DNA of 63,080 nt, filler included, from Jimgerdemannia flammicorona (GCA_003990765.1; 3 parts of 3 records of this genome joined end to end with filler, not necessarily neighbours in it); one strand, 5' to 3'. Counted from the whole stretch's first letter, positions 38,007-50,580 are shown. The notes: a model not told the origin generated them from the sequence alone. A program made the numbers and translations.

Positions 38007-41000
38007 TGTAATAGAATGAACAGATGGGACATGATGAATGACAAGCGATCACGTGACCCAACGAGTGATGATGTCATCATACGAACGAAGCATGACATAT
38101 GAATTACGAATGACAAATGATGCGAATGATGTAAAATGATGCAGAAAACAATATCCAGCTTATCCCCAATAATCAGTACCGCAGCAACAGTTGCCACAGC
38201 AGCTGATCATTACCTAGTAATTGAGGCCCTGATCACAAAGTTGTTTTTGCCAAAAACTATCTGACAAAGGTCACGATCACAAATCTTATTATAGTTACCA
38301 AATTAGTCACTCATACTTAGTCAGAAATCGCGGACCAACTTGTATAAATACCCCCCAGTTTCCATCCGAAATAAAGCAGTTTTAGTTCAGTTCTTGATAT
38401 AAGAATCAAGCCCCCCCTCCACACACACATTCCCCTGAGTCTTAGTAATAACATCTAAGTGACTCTAGTGTTTCTGACTAAACTCCAGAAGCCTAGCTAA
38501 CTTCTGCCAGAACTGAGACTGGTATATAAATCCCCAAAAACTTAAGTAAACTCATTGAACCTGAATTCCAAGGCGAATTCAGTCTGTGTACAGCAAAGAA
38601 CAAGACCCTCGAAATAGGGCACAAGAGAATGACCTTTGAAAGATAAGGCACTGCCGCTACAACTACTTATAAGTGAGCGATTCCTCAAACTGAAGACTTC
38701 TTGGTACACATTGTGTACTGAGTCCCTAAGTAATAGTCCACTTTCCTAATTATCCTAAGGATAAGAGAGGGGTAGAAGTGAGAGTTATTACAACTTGGTA
38801 GCAGCAGATTACCAGCCAAGAAGGCACCAAAGAACACACTCCTGAAGTTGGAACAAGACCAACCTTAGACAGGAGTAACCCCCAGAACCAACTGTGGATC
38901 TCTAAACCAGATCCAGAGAAGTCCTTGCCATTAGGACCAGGTGGTACTAGGAAACTACAGACCCAAGGACCCATCAGCTTGTAATTGACCAGGCTTACAA
39001 GAATCTATACCAGGCCTTTAGAACATATCACCCAGGACTTAGGAATATTGTTAGCTGCTGTAGGTTCTACAAACTCCTCTGAGGACACATTGGAACCACT
39101 AGGACCCCAGAATCTACTGCTGCAGCCATCAAGGATTTTCTAGATTATATCACACTCCCTGCTGCAAGAGAAGCAGCTGCCAAGTGGATTGCCTCTGACA
39201 GATATCATCATACCCCAATCAAGACCTCCCTCTACTACAGGCTAGTTGTATACTATGCCTCTGCTATAACTAGGTATGAGAACGAGCAAGCAGGCCACCC
39301 ATTCCCTACTGCTGAACAAGGAGCAGGTCCATCTACCCAGCCAGAGACTGATATCCTCTTTGAAGGACCTAGTCAGTACGAGGACACACTATCTTATCAG
39401 GAAAGGGAGTCAGACGAAGACTCTACAGGTTACCAGTCTGATGATAGTCAATAAGGAACAGCAGGCCTAGGAATTTACCAAGGGATCACAGATCAAGAAG
39501 ATCAGACCCCAGAACCAACCCAGCTATCTATACAGAGGTTTGGTTTACCCTCTCTCACAGGACTCTTTGACTTAATATCCAGGAACCAAGTAACTCCAAG
39601 TTATACAGCACCACAACTCCACCAAGCAGAACAATCTTCAGGAGAATCTACCCCAACAGGCCCACCACCAATAGCCAACACAATAGTAGATGTCAACATT
39701 GCAGCACTGACTACCCAGCTAGCAGCACTAGCAGGAATAGTAGGACAGATTGCTGAACAGAACAAACCAACCAAGACTTTGCAAATCCCAACATTCAGTG
39801 GAAAAAACAGTGACATTGAAAACTTCATCAATGCAGTTGATACAGACTACCGAGCAAACCAATGGAATGATAACTGAGTACCTATAGGAATGCTCACCAA
39901 CAACCAGAACAGTACCCTTCAACAGCTGTTTGCCACATCAGCAGCACAAGTAGAAACAGTAGCTACATTCTTCACTGGAACAGTAGCCGAATTCTGGCAA
40001 ACCTTGGAACAACACCCAGTAACCTGGGAAGCCCACCCTCAAGTCAATGGACAAGTACCCGGCAACAATAGACCAGATTGGGATGACTATGAAGCAGGCC
40101 CAGGACTCAAGGCCTTGCTACTGACCAAATTCCAAAATATGGCCTACATACAAAAAACTTGGAACAAACTATCCCAGATGAAGTTCCACAAGAATGATGA
40201 AGAGGATCTAGAGACCTTTGCCACCAGAATGGATGCCTATCTCAAAACTGTTGGACTTACTTATCAGGAGAACAATTTGGCCATCAATGGTATCAGAGCT
40301 AACCATCTCTTTGCAGCTCTACCAGACTGGCTCACCCAGAAGATCAAGGAACAAGGTCTTCCCCAAGGATGTCCCCACTACTCATGGTGCTTTGCCTAAG
40401 TACAAAGAAGAGCCCGTGAAATCCTTGCTGTACAAGCTCCACGAAATCAAGAACACAAGAAGGATAACCAAGATAGAAGAAATCCTACCAGGAGAAATGA
40501 TCAAAGAAATGACCAAAGATATGATCAAAGGAACCAGCAAAACCCCAGAGGACCCAGACCCCCCACTGAGGATGAAAAGAGGCAGCTCTGTGAAAAGGGA
40601 TTGTGCTTTATCTGCAAGAAGGCAGGGCACATCTCAGTCAAATGCCCTGAGAAGAGAAACAGAACAGGTGAACCCAGTAACCAGAACATTACTATTATTG
40701 GAGAAGGCCCAGGAAAGAAGAACCCCAAGAATGTCATCAAAGTACAGAAGATATGGTACAAGACCTCACCATCCCACCAAGTACCAATGCTACAGTGCAA
40801 ACAGGAATTGCAATGCAAGCTCCCAGAGGTACATACATCCACCTTGCTGAGCAAAGTAGCCTAGCCAAAGAGTTCAACATTGGGCTAGGAGGAGGAGTAG
40901 TTGACCAAGGATTTACTGGTAAAATCTGTGTTATCTTGCGAAATTTTGGAGACACATCATTTGAAGTCAAAGCAGGCCAAAGAATTGCCCAAGCAATCAT

Positions 41001-42022
41001 TGAGGAAATTCATCAAGATCTCACCATTGAAGAAGTCCCTGAACTCTCCCAGACAAATTGTGGCAAGAAAGGGTTTGGATCTATCAACAAACCTCCCAGT
41101 CAAAGGGTCACTATCATGAAGGAAGATGATGAAAACTGGTACAAGAGAATTGCAGATGGTTATGCACCATGTGGATGATGCCCTCATTCTATTTGAATGT
41201 ACTGCATGGAACATGTTGGTGAATACCATGCATGCCTCTCCAAAGTTTTCAAAATTCAATCCGAGAAATGCCAAGCTCAACAGACTGAGGAACCCAAACA
41301 AGACAACCCTCCTTGTGAAGGATGGGGAGAAACTGACTTCGAGAAGACTGACAGCAATTGGGACAACAATGAGGATGAAGAGCTCAATACCATCAAGAAG
41401 GAGGACAGTTGCATCAAGTTCACAGGCCAAGTCCACAGATAAAATGTCAATGTCTTGCTTGATAGTGGTGCTACTAGAAACTATATCAGCACCAAGACTG
41501 CCAAGAGGATTGGAGCCCGAAGCAGACCAACTACTGAGAAAAGAAGTGTCACCTTTGGTGATGGAAAGACTGCACCATTGACCAAGATCTGTGAAGACCT
41601 TTTGCTCAAGATTGGCAAATATCAAGAGAAGTTGGACTTCAGTATTGTAGATCTCCCAGGACAAGATATTATCTTAGGAAAAGCCTGGTTGACCCAGCAC
41701 AACTCAGACATCAACTGGAGAACCAACAAGGTTAACCTGACCCATGAAGGCAGAAAGATCACCCTGACACCCCAGGAAGATATCAACCACCAAGAAATCG
41801 AAATCATCTCTGCCATTCAAATGAAGAGACTCTCTTGAAAAAAGGGAAACACCTACTTCATCTGTACAGTACAAGAAGTCACTGAAGCCACAAGTAGCCC
41901 AATTCCAACAGAAGCTCAAGAACTGTTTGAAGAATTCCAAGATGTATTCCAAGATCCTCAAGGACTTCCACCCAAGCGCCAAATCTAACATGGAATTGAT
42001 CTTATTCTAGGATCTGAACCTC
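38007..42022 (+). mobile_element. Second family B chromovirus (D): 5' LTR, gag, dUTPase, protease; cut by the gap
   Basis: LTR 38007-38792 is the reverse complement of LTR B; PBS TGGTAGCAGCA 38796-38806; CFICKKAGHISVKC; GGVVDQGFTG, KKGFGS; LDSGAT. Confidence 0.95.
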
Positions 42023-42122
42023 NNNNNNNNNNNNNNNNNNNNNNNNNNNNNNNNNNNNNNNNNNNNTTAATTAATTAANNNNNNNNNNNNNNNNNNNNNN
42101 NNNNNNNNNNNNNNNNNNNNNN
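42023..42122. other. Scaffold gap with artificial TTAATTAATTAA linker
   Basis: N-run, 12-mer, N-run totalling 100 bp. Confidence 0.97.
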
Positions 42123-42648
42123 AGGGGGGCCACCCCCCCCTATCCCTTCTTGATAAAAGACCACTTTATCAAACATTATTACCACCTGTCCACCACTCTG
42201 CATGCAGATCCCTTCCACCAGATGGTGACATCACCCACCTTGTGGTCCCCATCCAACCCATCACCCCATCAGCAGATCTGCTACTAACTCCTCCCATCTC
42301 AACAACTTCTCCTGTATCCCTATCTGCTATCTCTCCTCAAAGACAAAGAGCCAATGTCCTGCCAACCCCACCCACACTGCTACAACCCACCCTACAGTAA
42401 GCCACCTATTGCCAATACCCCCCCCACAAGCCGAGATTCCAGATCCTCCCAATGACCCCGCTCTCCATCTGGTCTCCTTTCAACCCCTAGCTGGTCCCCA
42501 ACAGCTATCCAAAAGTCCCCCAGCACCTCACACTCCCCCAGCCAATGTTCCGGCATTTGTACAAATCTCCCAACCTGCCCAATATTATAACACTCCTCAC
42601 AATCCAGCTGACCACCATCCACCAGATGCTCAGCACAGAAGTCGGCAT
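42123..42648 (-). mobile_element. 5'-truncated LINE (ORF2 C-terminus)
   Basis: CEECYN...PEHWLGEC matches 3569-3802; joins family A gag at GGCAT. Confidence 0.88.
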
Positions 42649-43445
42649 CATTTCCCACATAGTTCACAGCTGTGAATACTGCTCTTACAGGGCCTCATAG
42701 GCTAAAGGGTATAAGGGCTACTTGCTGTACTGCTGTCAGGGTCCTTACAGCAGCATACTGCTTGAAATCATCAATGAAGATGATGATTGATTCATCTGAG
42801 ATATATCCACAGAATACTGGTGGTCTTATATCTATCTTGTCTAGGTATTGGGACTCAGTTTATATGATTGTTCGGGTAGTGGCAGTTGTTCATTGTTTAG
42901 CTTAAAAGTGAGGTATTCATCTTGAATTATCAGCCAATGGGCACCAAGTTGTAATGTAGCAGATGCTTACTCTTGAAAGTACATCAGATTTCTGTATCTT
43001 GAAAACTTGACTGTTCTGACTCTTCGCAGGGTCTCTTGAAGTTGCAGGAGAGAGTGGGTGAGTTCGAAGTGTATCTGCCTGCAGGCTTACTAGTTCCTTT
43101 GCTATCTCTTTGCTTTGAACTATTTCGATCTGAGGTTTATTCACTCTAAGATACTGGGTTATTTATACAAGTTTTGCTAGCTATAAGGTGGCTAAGTTAT
43201 GAGTCATTTTCTGTAAGTCAGTAAGTGTAAATTCTCTATATCTGCCAAAATCTTTACAATCGTAAAGGATTTACATCTGTAGAATTTCTATAGTTGCCAA
43301 AGTTTCTATGAATGTTAAAGTTTCTATACTTGTAAAATATGACTGTTATTTGTAAGGCTAAGCTATATTGAGAATTAGATTCAGGTACTATGATCAAATG
43401 TCTAATTCCCCTGATTCATGTTACTAATTCGGATTGACCATCACA
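42644..43445 (-). mobile_element. Family A-related Gypsy (A2): 5' LTR (42950-43445), PBS and start of gag
   Basis: Matches 18211-18790; PBS TGGTGCCCATTGGC; LTR TGTAAT...TCACA followed by ATAT. Confidence 0.9.
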
Positions 43446-43914
43446 ATATATATCAATCTAATTTTAAAATTAATTATATAGAAGATATATTCAAAATAAA
43501 TTAATATTAACTTATAAGAAAATAGTCTTTCAGAATATTTAAAACTATTTGAAACCTCTTTTAAAGCTATAATAATATTTTAAAAAAAATATTCTTTTAT
43601 AGTTTGAGTAGTAAATTTAAATAAATTAATTTAATTTAAATCAAATCAAATATAGTAATCTAACACACTTGCATTCCTTTTAGTTTATATCTGAATAATT
43701 ATTTTGATCACAAGTCATCCATATAGAGTATCCAGAACTTTATGCTTGAATGTGATCTCCAACTACTCAATGTCAAGTTAAAGATATTGCTAATAATGAA
43801 CAAGGTAACAGGCAAAAAAAAAAAAAAAAAAATGCACAAGTGCTTCTTAAGAGATATAAAGAGGCAAGTAAAAATAGTTTTACTGGTAATATAGATGAGG
43901 AATAGTGGCGTGAT

Positions 43915-44084
43915 GGCAGCTTACTAGGTCATCGATCCATCCAAGGCTATTAGCTGAAATCACAAAGTCAAAGCTGTTAAGGCATAGGTGGCTTACTAGG
44001 TTCAAGGTTATTAGCTGACCTGGCACCGACTCCGTCAGAGTGTGGGCAGCTTACTAGGTCGTTTGCCGTTCAAGGCTATTAGCT
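43915..44084. repeat. Three spaced imperfect repeats GGCAGCTTACTAGGT...CAAGGCTATTAGCT
   Basis: Units at ~43915, ~43987 and ~44045 separated by unrelated 27-30 bp segments. Confidence 0.8.
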
Positions 44085-44744
44085 CATCTGACAGGATGGA
44101 AAACTAGTTAAGGAATTGGAGGCGTGTTAATCGAGACAACATTTACTAATTTTCCTGAATACCCTATTACAAAGGTGCTCAACCAGGTAAACATGTGGAA
44201 GGAGGCCTTGATCGCCAAAAAACTGTCCTGATCCCCACTTACACCGTCCGATTATTACTGGCCCGACATTTAAGGGTAGCTCTCTGGCGATCAGAACCAT
44301 TAATGGTGAAGCTTTCAGAGTCAAATCGCCTGAAAGAATTATACGGAAACCTACAAGTCAAGGAGAGATACAGTCGGTGGATGAGGATGGACGATAATCC
44401 CGATCAGGCTGAGACCTGTGATCTATTGGTGTTGTCCAAGTATCATCACATAATCTACACCGATCGATGCGAAATCTGATGAATGTCTAGATGTTGTCCA
44501 TATGAACGTTGCATTCAATAGAATCTACAACTAACTTTTCTCTGCTATCTGAACTATGTCTTTGACTGCAACAAGGAACTGAAGGTGCATGCTGCTGCAA
44601 TCGGAACCAGAAGACATTAAATTACAACGCGCTATTATAATGATGATGAGGCAGCAGCACAAAGTTCAGTGAGAAGATTGTGCATGGTACAATGTTATTC
44701 ATTATTTTAACCCACTCATATTAATGAGCGTAGTTTTGCATTTT

Positions 44745-46200
44745 TAGAGAGGCAAGAGGAAACGCAAAGTTACCTGGCAAGAGAATTCTGAGAAAAAGGT
44801 CGGAGTAAAGCTCATCTTATTGCTAGCAACTCTTATTTTATATCTCAACTTCCGATTGTTGAACATGTGTATATAGATCAAGGCCGGTGATGATTTCCAC
44901 GAGAACTTCGACCAAGACGGCGAGTATGAGATGATGGCGAGAAGAATTCGACTGAGGTCTGCGTCAAGATTGATATGGATGCTCAGCACCTCTTCTTCAT
45001 CTCAAATACTTCTCTCACTTAAATACACATAAAGATCGTGGCCTCCAAAAGGCCCATATGGCCATTGTGACCAATAAATATGCTTCGTGGGAATTCGACG
45101 GAGAACCACCCAGTTAGTTGTCCAAAGCAATTAAGGAATATCAATCATCGACCTCGGAAGCAGAGACACTGTAAGTATGCTTGACAGATGCCAATTTTTT
45201 GTTAATGCCGATAATGACTTCCTCAGATTCAACTCTGATTATTTTAATAAAGCAATCGATAGGAAAATCATCAATGCATCGGACCGTGATCATCTTTTGA
45301 CCTTTTTAACAGAGGAGGAATTCTTGAGCCTCAATAGCATCTTTGGTTCTGCTATAAATGGTTGGAAGGTTCTTGCGCCTGCAGCCGAAAGGTGTTTGGA
45401 AATATTGACCAAGGTAATGTTGCCAGATTATGTTACTTTTTGTTCCTATGTTATACATTCTCCATCTAAGTTATATTCGGTTTGACCTCTAGCTCAACAG
45501 CAACCAACTTCAATCCATCGGACGTATCATCCAAATTGAGGGTGTTCGTGGCGCTATCAAGCGGACCCTTTATTTGGTGGAAAGCACTATAGCATCTGAA
45601 GAGCCTACTCTTGATGATAATAATGTCAATGATGGCAAAAATGCAGCTTCAGTAGATCTTCTCGAGGAAGAAGACTGCAACCATACTGACGTCTACTACA
45701 TTTCTGAACTCTTGACCGGCTGTGAAATGTTGGACAAAGAAATTCCGCAGAGAAATAATTCAGAACGAGGCATTGATATTGCCATCATTTTCCTGCCTGG
45801 ATGGCATCCATGATAAAACACTAGTAAATTTGGCATCTTTTCAATGGTTTCTTCATCCATTGTAATTAATACTCATGTTCCATTGATGGATCACTCAAGT
45901 AGGGAGATATTTTCTCATACTTCTCGCAACCGACGAGCGCTTGCCGTTGGTGCCTCCAAAAACGCAAAAGGTTATCATGTGGACTGGTTGTTCACGGTAT
46001 GTTAAATCTATTGAGATCTATAATAATTCCAAGGGTTGTTCAATATCACTGCATTCTGCATTCACAGCGTCATGACCTAGCAAGGAATTCAGCTTGGGGA
46101 AGAGAATTCTCATTGTGTGAACGCGCAGGATAAGCTTCGAGAACCGGCAAAAAATCTCATCCGATACCATAAAAGTCCAAAAAAAAACAACCTTACCTGT
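44745..46200 (+). pseudogene. Multi-exon host-like gene with premature stops; C-terminal part resembles a PD-(D/E)xK restriction-endonuclease-fold domain
   Basis: Frame-preserving GT-AG introns 45171-45226, 45414-45492, 45997-46067; EIFSHTSRNRR...GYHVDWLFT|RHDL...WGREFSLCERAG; stops at 45115 and 46131; CpG retained; ends approximate. Confidence 0.65.
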
Positions 46201-46289
46201 CTCTTCATGATGCTATCACCGAGGCAGGCAATGGCACGTCGAAGTCGGTGTTAAGCCCAAACCACAAAGTTGCTTATGCCAGGCTTTAT

Positions 46290-47800
46290 TTCATCCTATT
46301 TCTTTGTCCGTACCCTGCTCGTAGTGTATGTTGCTATGCATCTTTGGATTTGGCCGAATTCGACATCCAATGACAAGGAAATGTCCTTAAGGTAGCGCGC
46401 ACAATGCTGCAGATAAAGTAAGTTGAGAATGTCTCGGTGATGCTATTCGGATATAATATTAATAATACCCATGCCACTGTACATTTGTATCATGAAGAAA
46501 TATTATGGCATCAACAGTTGCTCGATTCAGAGTTGGCGGTAGAAATGTAGCCGCCTGCCATTACACCAAAAAAAAAAAAAAAAAAATGTGTGGATAGCTG
46601 CTAACAAGATTCTCTCGGTGAAGCTTTTGATAATAATACTTTGATATTGAGTCTTATCAAAACCTATAGTAAATGATAGAATTATGAATGAATATGAAAA
46701 AGCTTTCCATTTCTTGAACGTGGGGTGGACTGCGGGTCTGCGGGGGGGGCAACGACGCGTGCGGAAGGGTATTCTTTTGAGTGCAAATGCGGAAGGATTC
46801 GACGATATTAACAATTACCGCATAACGCTCAGACACGAAATAAAATAATACTCTTCTGAAAAGACATCATTTTCGTAAACCCAGTTTTGACAGATAGAGA
46901 TGATTGCCGCAGGAATCATGGGCACCCCTTGCTTTCTTTCATACTCCATGTCGATCTCAGCAAGGAGGTTATTTTTCTCGCGTGAGCAGCTCATTGAACT
47001 CGATATTTTCTCACGCGTCCACACCAGACTACATTTTATTTTCGTAGAATAAAAGAAAAGAATGGGTCGATATATTTTGCTAATGAAATTCTGCTACGTA
47101 ACAAATGTAAGAAACTACCTAAGGTTTTGATAATTGTATAGAATTTCCAATGGACGACAAATAATGTTACAATTGAGAGACTTATCAAAAATCCCGTTCA
47201 TAAACGCCTTCCGGTAACCTTGCCAAGTCTCCAGTATTTCAAATGTTTGAAATTATTTACACAAACTCGTCCATTTCGGCGACATCCTCATCCTCATGAA
47301 TTTCGGCGACTTCCTCGCAATTTAAATAGATTTGAAACATTGCTCCCACCCGCTCAAGTCCAAGACACCTTTACCCGTGAGCTGGATACCTTGCGTTATC
47401 CGCAGGGATTGAAGATTGCGAGCATGGTGAGTACAATGGTTCGAGAAGTTCCAAACGTTTGCAGTTCAAATGTTTTAAGGTGAAGGCAGGACTACAAAGA
47501 GACTGCTCGGAGATGGCCGAGGAGAACGATTCCGGTATATACGTTGGTCCAAGCATCTAGAATGAAGTTCTGGATGTGGTTGAGTTCTCAAATGGGACAA
47601 CCTCGTAACTGTCTTCCAGAGCAGTGGGAGAGCCAGTCGTGCGAGACGAGTGAGCAATTGAAGAGGTCTGTGTGAAAGGTATAGTGTTCAATGGCGTCTT
47701 CCGCGCCTGCGAAAATTTCGTAGTGGATAGGAAATATGGTAATGGACAAAATATTAACAAAAACTGTCCACGGGGCTTCTGGTTACCACTTTGCCCATTT
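46290..47800 (-). pseudogene. Possible second spliced (pseudo)gene, product unknown
   Basis: CpG-rich; same-frame ORFs 47557-47760 and 47371-47556 separated by one stop, with splice-like flanks; further coding-like piece 46815-47024. Confidence 0.3.
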
Positions 47801-48239
47801 CGCCTCGACTTATCTGTAAGTATCTGTTATGCTAGATAGAAGCGCCCATCGTTCTTGACCATACATAAAATCTATATTTTCCCCTTTCCCGTCCACATAC
47901 CGGACCCAAATGGGGCACGCGCCGGACGGATGGTTGGAGTCGGACACAGATAGACAACACAACATTGGCCATTACTAGCCAAGCTGCCTTTCACATGTCC
48001 AACTGGTGCCCTGTTAAGGACAATTCCACTCCACAAAGCCTGGCAAACTCATAGGCACATCATTTCCTAGCCAATTATTTTATGTATCTGCTGATCTTAT
48101 TCTATTTCAGCACTGTTGTTGAATTACAGTCAAAGATGCTCAATTTCTAATACATAATATAGAAAAATAAAGAAGTTAGATTTGTAAAAAAAAAAAAACA
48201 GAGCCTTGTTGCTTCTTTTTCCTCTATAATTACAATATA

Positions 48240-49046
48240 AATAATAGAGAGTCTTCTTTTTAAATATAATTATAGTTATAGAGGGCTATCAAGTACAAGT
48301 TGTGTGATGAGATTGGTAGAAGTAAGATACAGATACCAGAGTATGTCTTGGTAGGTTGTAGGGGAATAGAAGGTTTCTGGTAAGATTTGGAAGATTATTG
48401 GAGTAGTGGAGATTAGAGGATGAGTGAGGCTATGGAGATGACTATATAGTAATAGTTAATTGAAGAGATGGGAAATATATAGAGAGGATCAGCTCAGGGA
48501 AAAATTGTATAGATGTCTGAACATTGGCTAGATGAGTAAAGATTATTAGTGACTTCTGAAAGAGGGTTGGGAGCTATCTGAGAGTGATGCAGTATGTAGA
48601 TAGAGAGGAGAAGAGATGAGATAACTTGAGAGAGTAGTTAGTAGAATATATTGATAATGAGTGACTCACTATTGGGTAGACATTGGCAGTATAGATAGGG
48701 TTGACTAGATACTGACTATATGTATTTGAGAATAGAAGGTAATTGACCTCAGAGAAAAAGATGATACAGTGGCTTCCAAAACTATAATAATAATTTAATT
48801 AATTATATATTATATCTGTATCCTAGGTAATCTTAATTATCATTATTTTATATTAATTAAGTTAATTTTCTGATTACAATGTAATTTTTAAAAAAGGTTG
48901 GATATTGTTATAGTTTTGTTATGATTATTGTCTAAATGATAAATTGTCTTCTAGAGTATTTAGTAGTTAACATATATCTATGAAAATTCATACAGTTATT
49001 CTTTAAGTAATTCTTCACATGCCCATACCTTTTTTTCCCCTAATTT

Positions 49047-49077
<31 letters not shown>

Positions 49078-50570
49078 TTATGAGAGAAATTAGTATCAAC
49101 TTTTGAAATACTATCATTAATTAAGTAAATTCAGATCTATCTATCTAAAAGATAGCTACAAATATAGATATTAATCTCATGACAGTCAGTTGACTTAGAA
49201 AAGAATATTATACAGATATCAATTTGTCTAAAGAAGGTTATCCAAGCCTATTAACAACTTATGATAAATCATAAATTATACATCAAACAATATCTATCAA
49301 GTCAGATACTGTCTCTAGATTGCCAAAGATCTTAGAAATGATGGCTGAGCATCTATTAGTAATTAGACTATCTACTAAGTTCTGAAAAATACTGAGTTAA
49401 AGGCTGTAATCAAGTAGAAAAAACTAAGGTTATTATAATAACATATTAAAGCTCAGTTTGCCTTTATCTAGAAGTACAAAAACTAGACTGAGGATAACTG
49501 AAAATATGTCATATTCTCCAATAAGATTAAAATTAACTATCTAGGATCAGATGGACAGATATGGATATAGAAGAAGTCTGGTGAGAGACTTATTAATTAT
49601 CTGATATTCAGAATGGTAAAATTTAGTATCAGATCACTCATACTTTGGAGCTATATAATATACAATAGACTCAGATTTATATATCACATTGACAGTATTA
49701 TGAATGCAGATCTATATATCAGTATTCTTAATGCAAACATTCTAATATTATAATATTGACTCCAAAATATCAATATTTTAACAAGATAATAATTCTAAGT
49801 ATATATCTAAAAAGATATACAAATGGTTTAATAACTATACAATTGAACTACTTAACTAGCCTGTATAATTCCCAGATATTAATTCAATTGAACATTTCTG
49901 ACATTATCTCAAACAAAAGCTAAATAGGTATAAAGAGGTACTGAAGGAAATAATAGAACTTTGAGAATATATTAAAAAGGAGTAAAATGCCATTTTTGCA
50001 AGTATATATGTATATAGATTTAATAAAGAGTATACTTAGGTATATAAATATAGTATTTAAAGTCAAGAGGATGTACACTAAATATTAAAAAAAAAATAAA
50101 GAAGTTCAAATTTAATATTAGTAACAAAACTAGTAATAATGTGGTCCCCTTTTGAAAAATTTATTTATGATAGAAAAATTAACTTAATCAGTATAAAACT
50201 ATAATAATTAAGATTATCTAAGATATAGATATATAATTAATAGAATCATTGTTACAGTTTTAGAAGCCACTATAAAATAAGAGAAACTGATGGTAGATAT
50301 TGTATCTGGCTGATAGAGAGAGTGAGGTCCTCAGAGAGGTCACTATTAATATATGATAGAAGAGATATGTGAGAAGAGTGATAGATAGATTATAGTAATT
50401 AATAATATAGTTATCTTTGAGAGAGTAAGAATAGAGGGAGAGAGTATGTTGGGATAGAGTAGAGTAGAGTAGATTGAGTTAAGAGTATCAGTATGATATA
50501 AGAACTATATATTTATTTTAGATTAGTTAATAAAGAGATCTAGTATCTGTAAATAATAATAATAATAATA
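48240..50570 (+). mobile_element. Degenerate 3' fragment of the LINE family, split by Tc1, ending in AATAAA and an (AAT)n tail
   Basis: Resembles the reverse complement of 3170-3900; AATAAAGAGA at ~50529 as in the full-length copy. Confidence 0.7.
48767..50272 (+). mobile_element. Tc1/mariner DNA transposon, degenerate
   Basis: TA TSD; TIRs of about 160 bp starting CAGTGGCTTCCAAAAC; transposase remnants VIFSNK, GSDG, QDNNSKY, FPDINSIEH, YTKY*. Confidence 0.92.
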
Positions 50571-50580
50571 AAGAGATAAT

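Noticed and set aside
43915..44084. CRISPR-like repeat-spacer pattern
   Set aside because: Only three units of variable internal length, no cas genes, eukaryotic context; kept only as an unexplained repeat
46480..46560. LNRATVDAIIFLHD resembling the end of a hAT dimerisation domain
   Set aside because: Too short; the upstream SERxFS motif and the rest of a transposase are not visible
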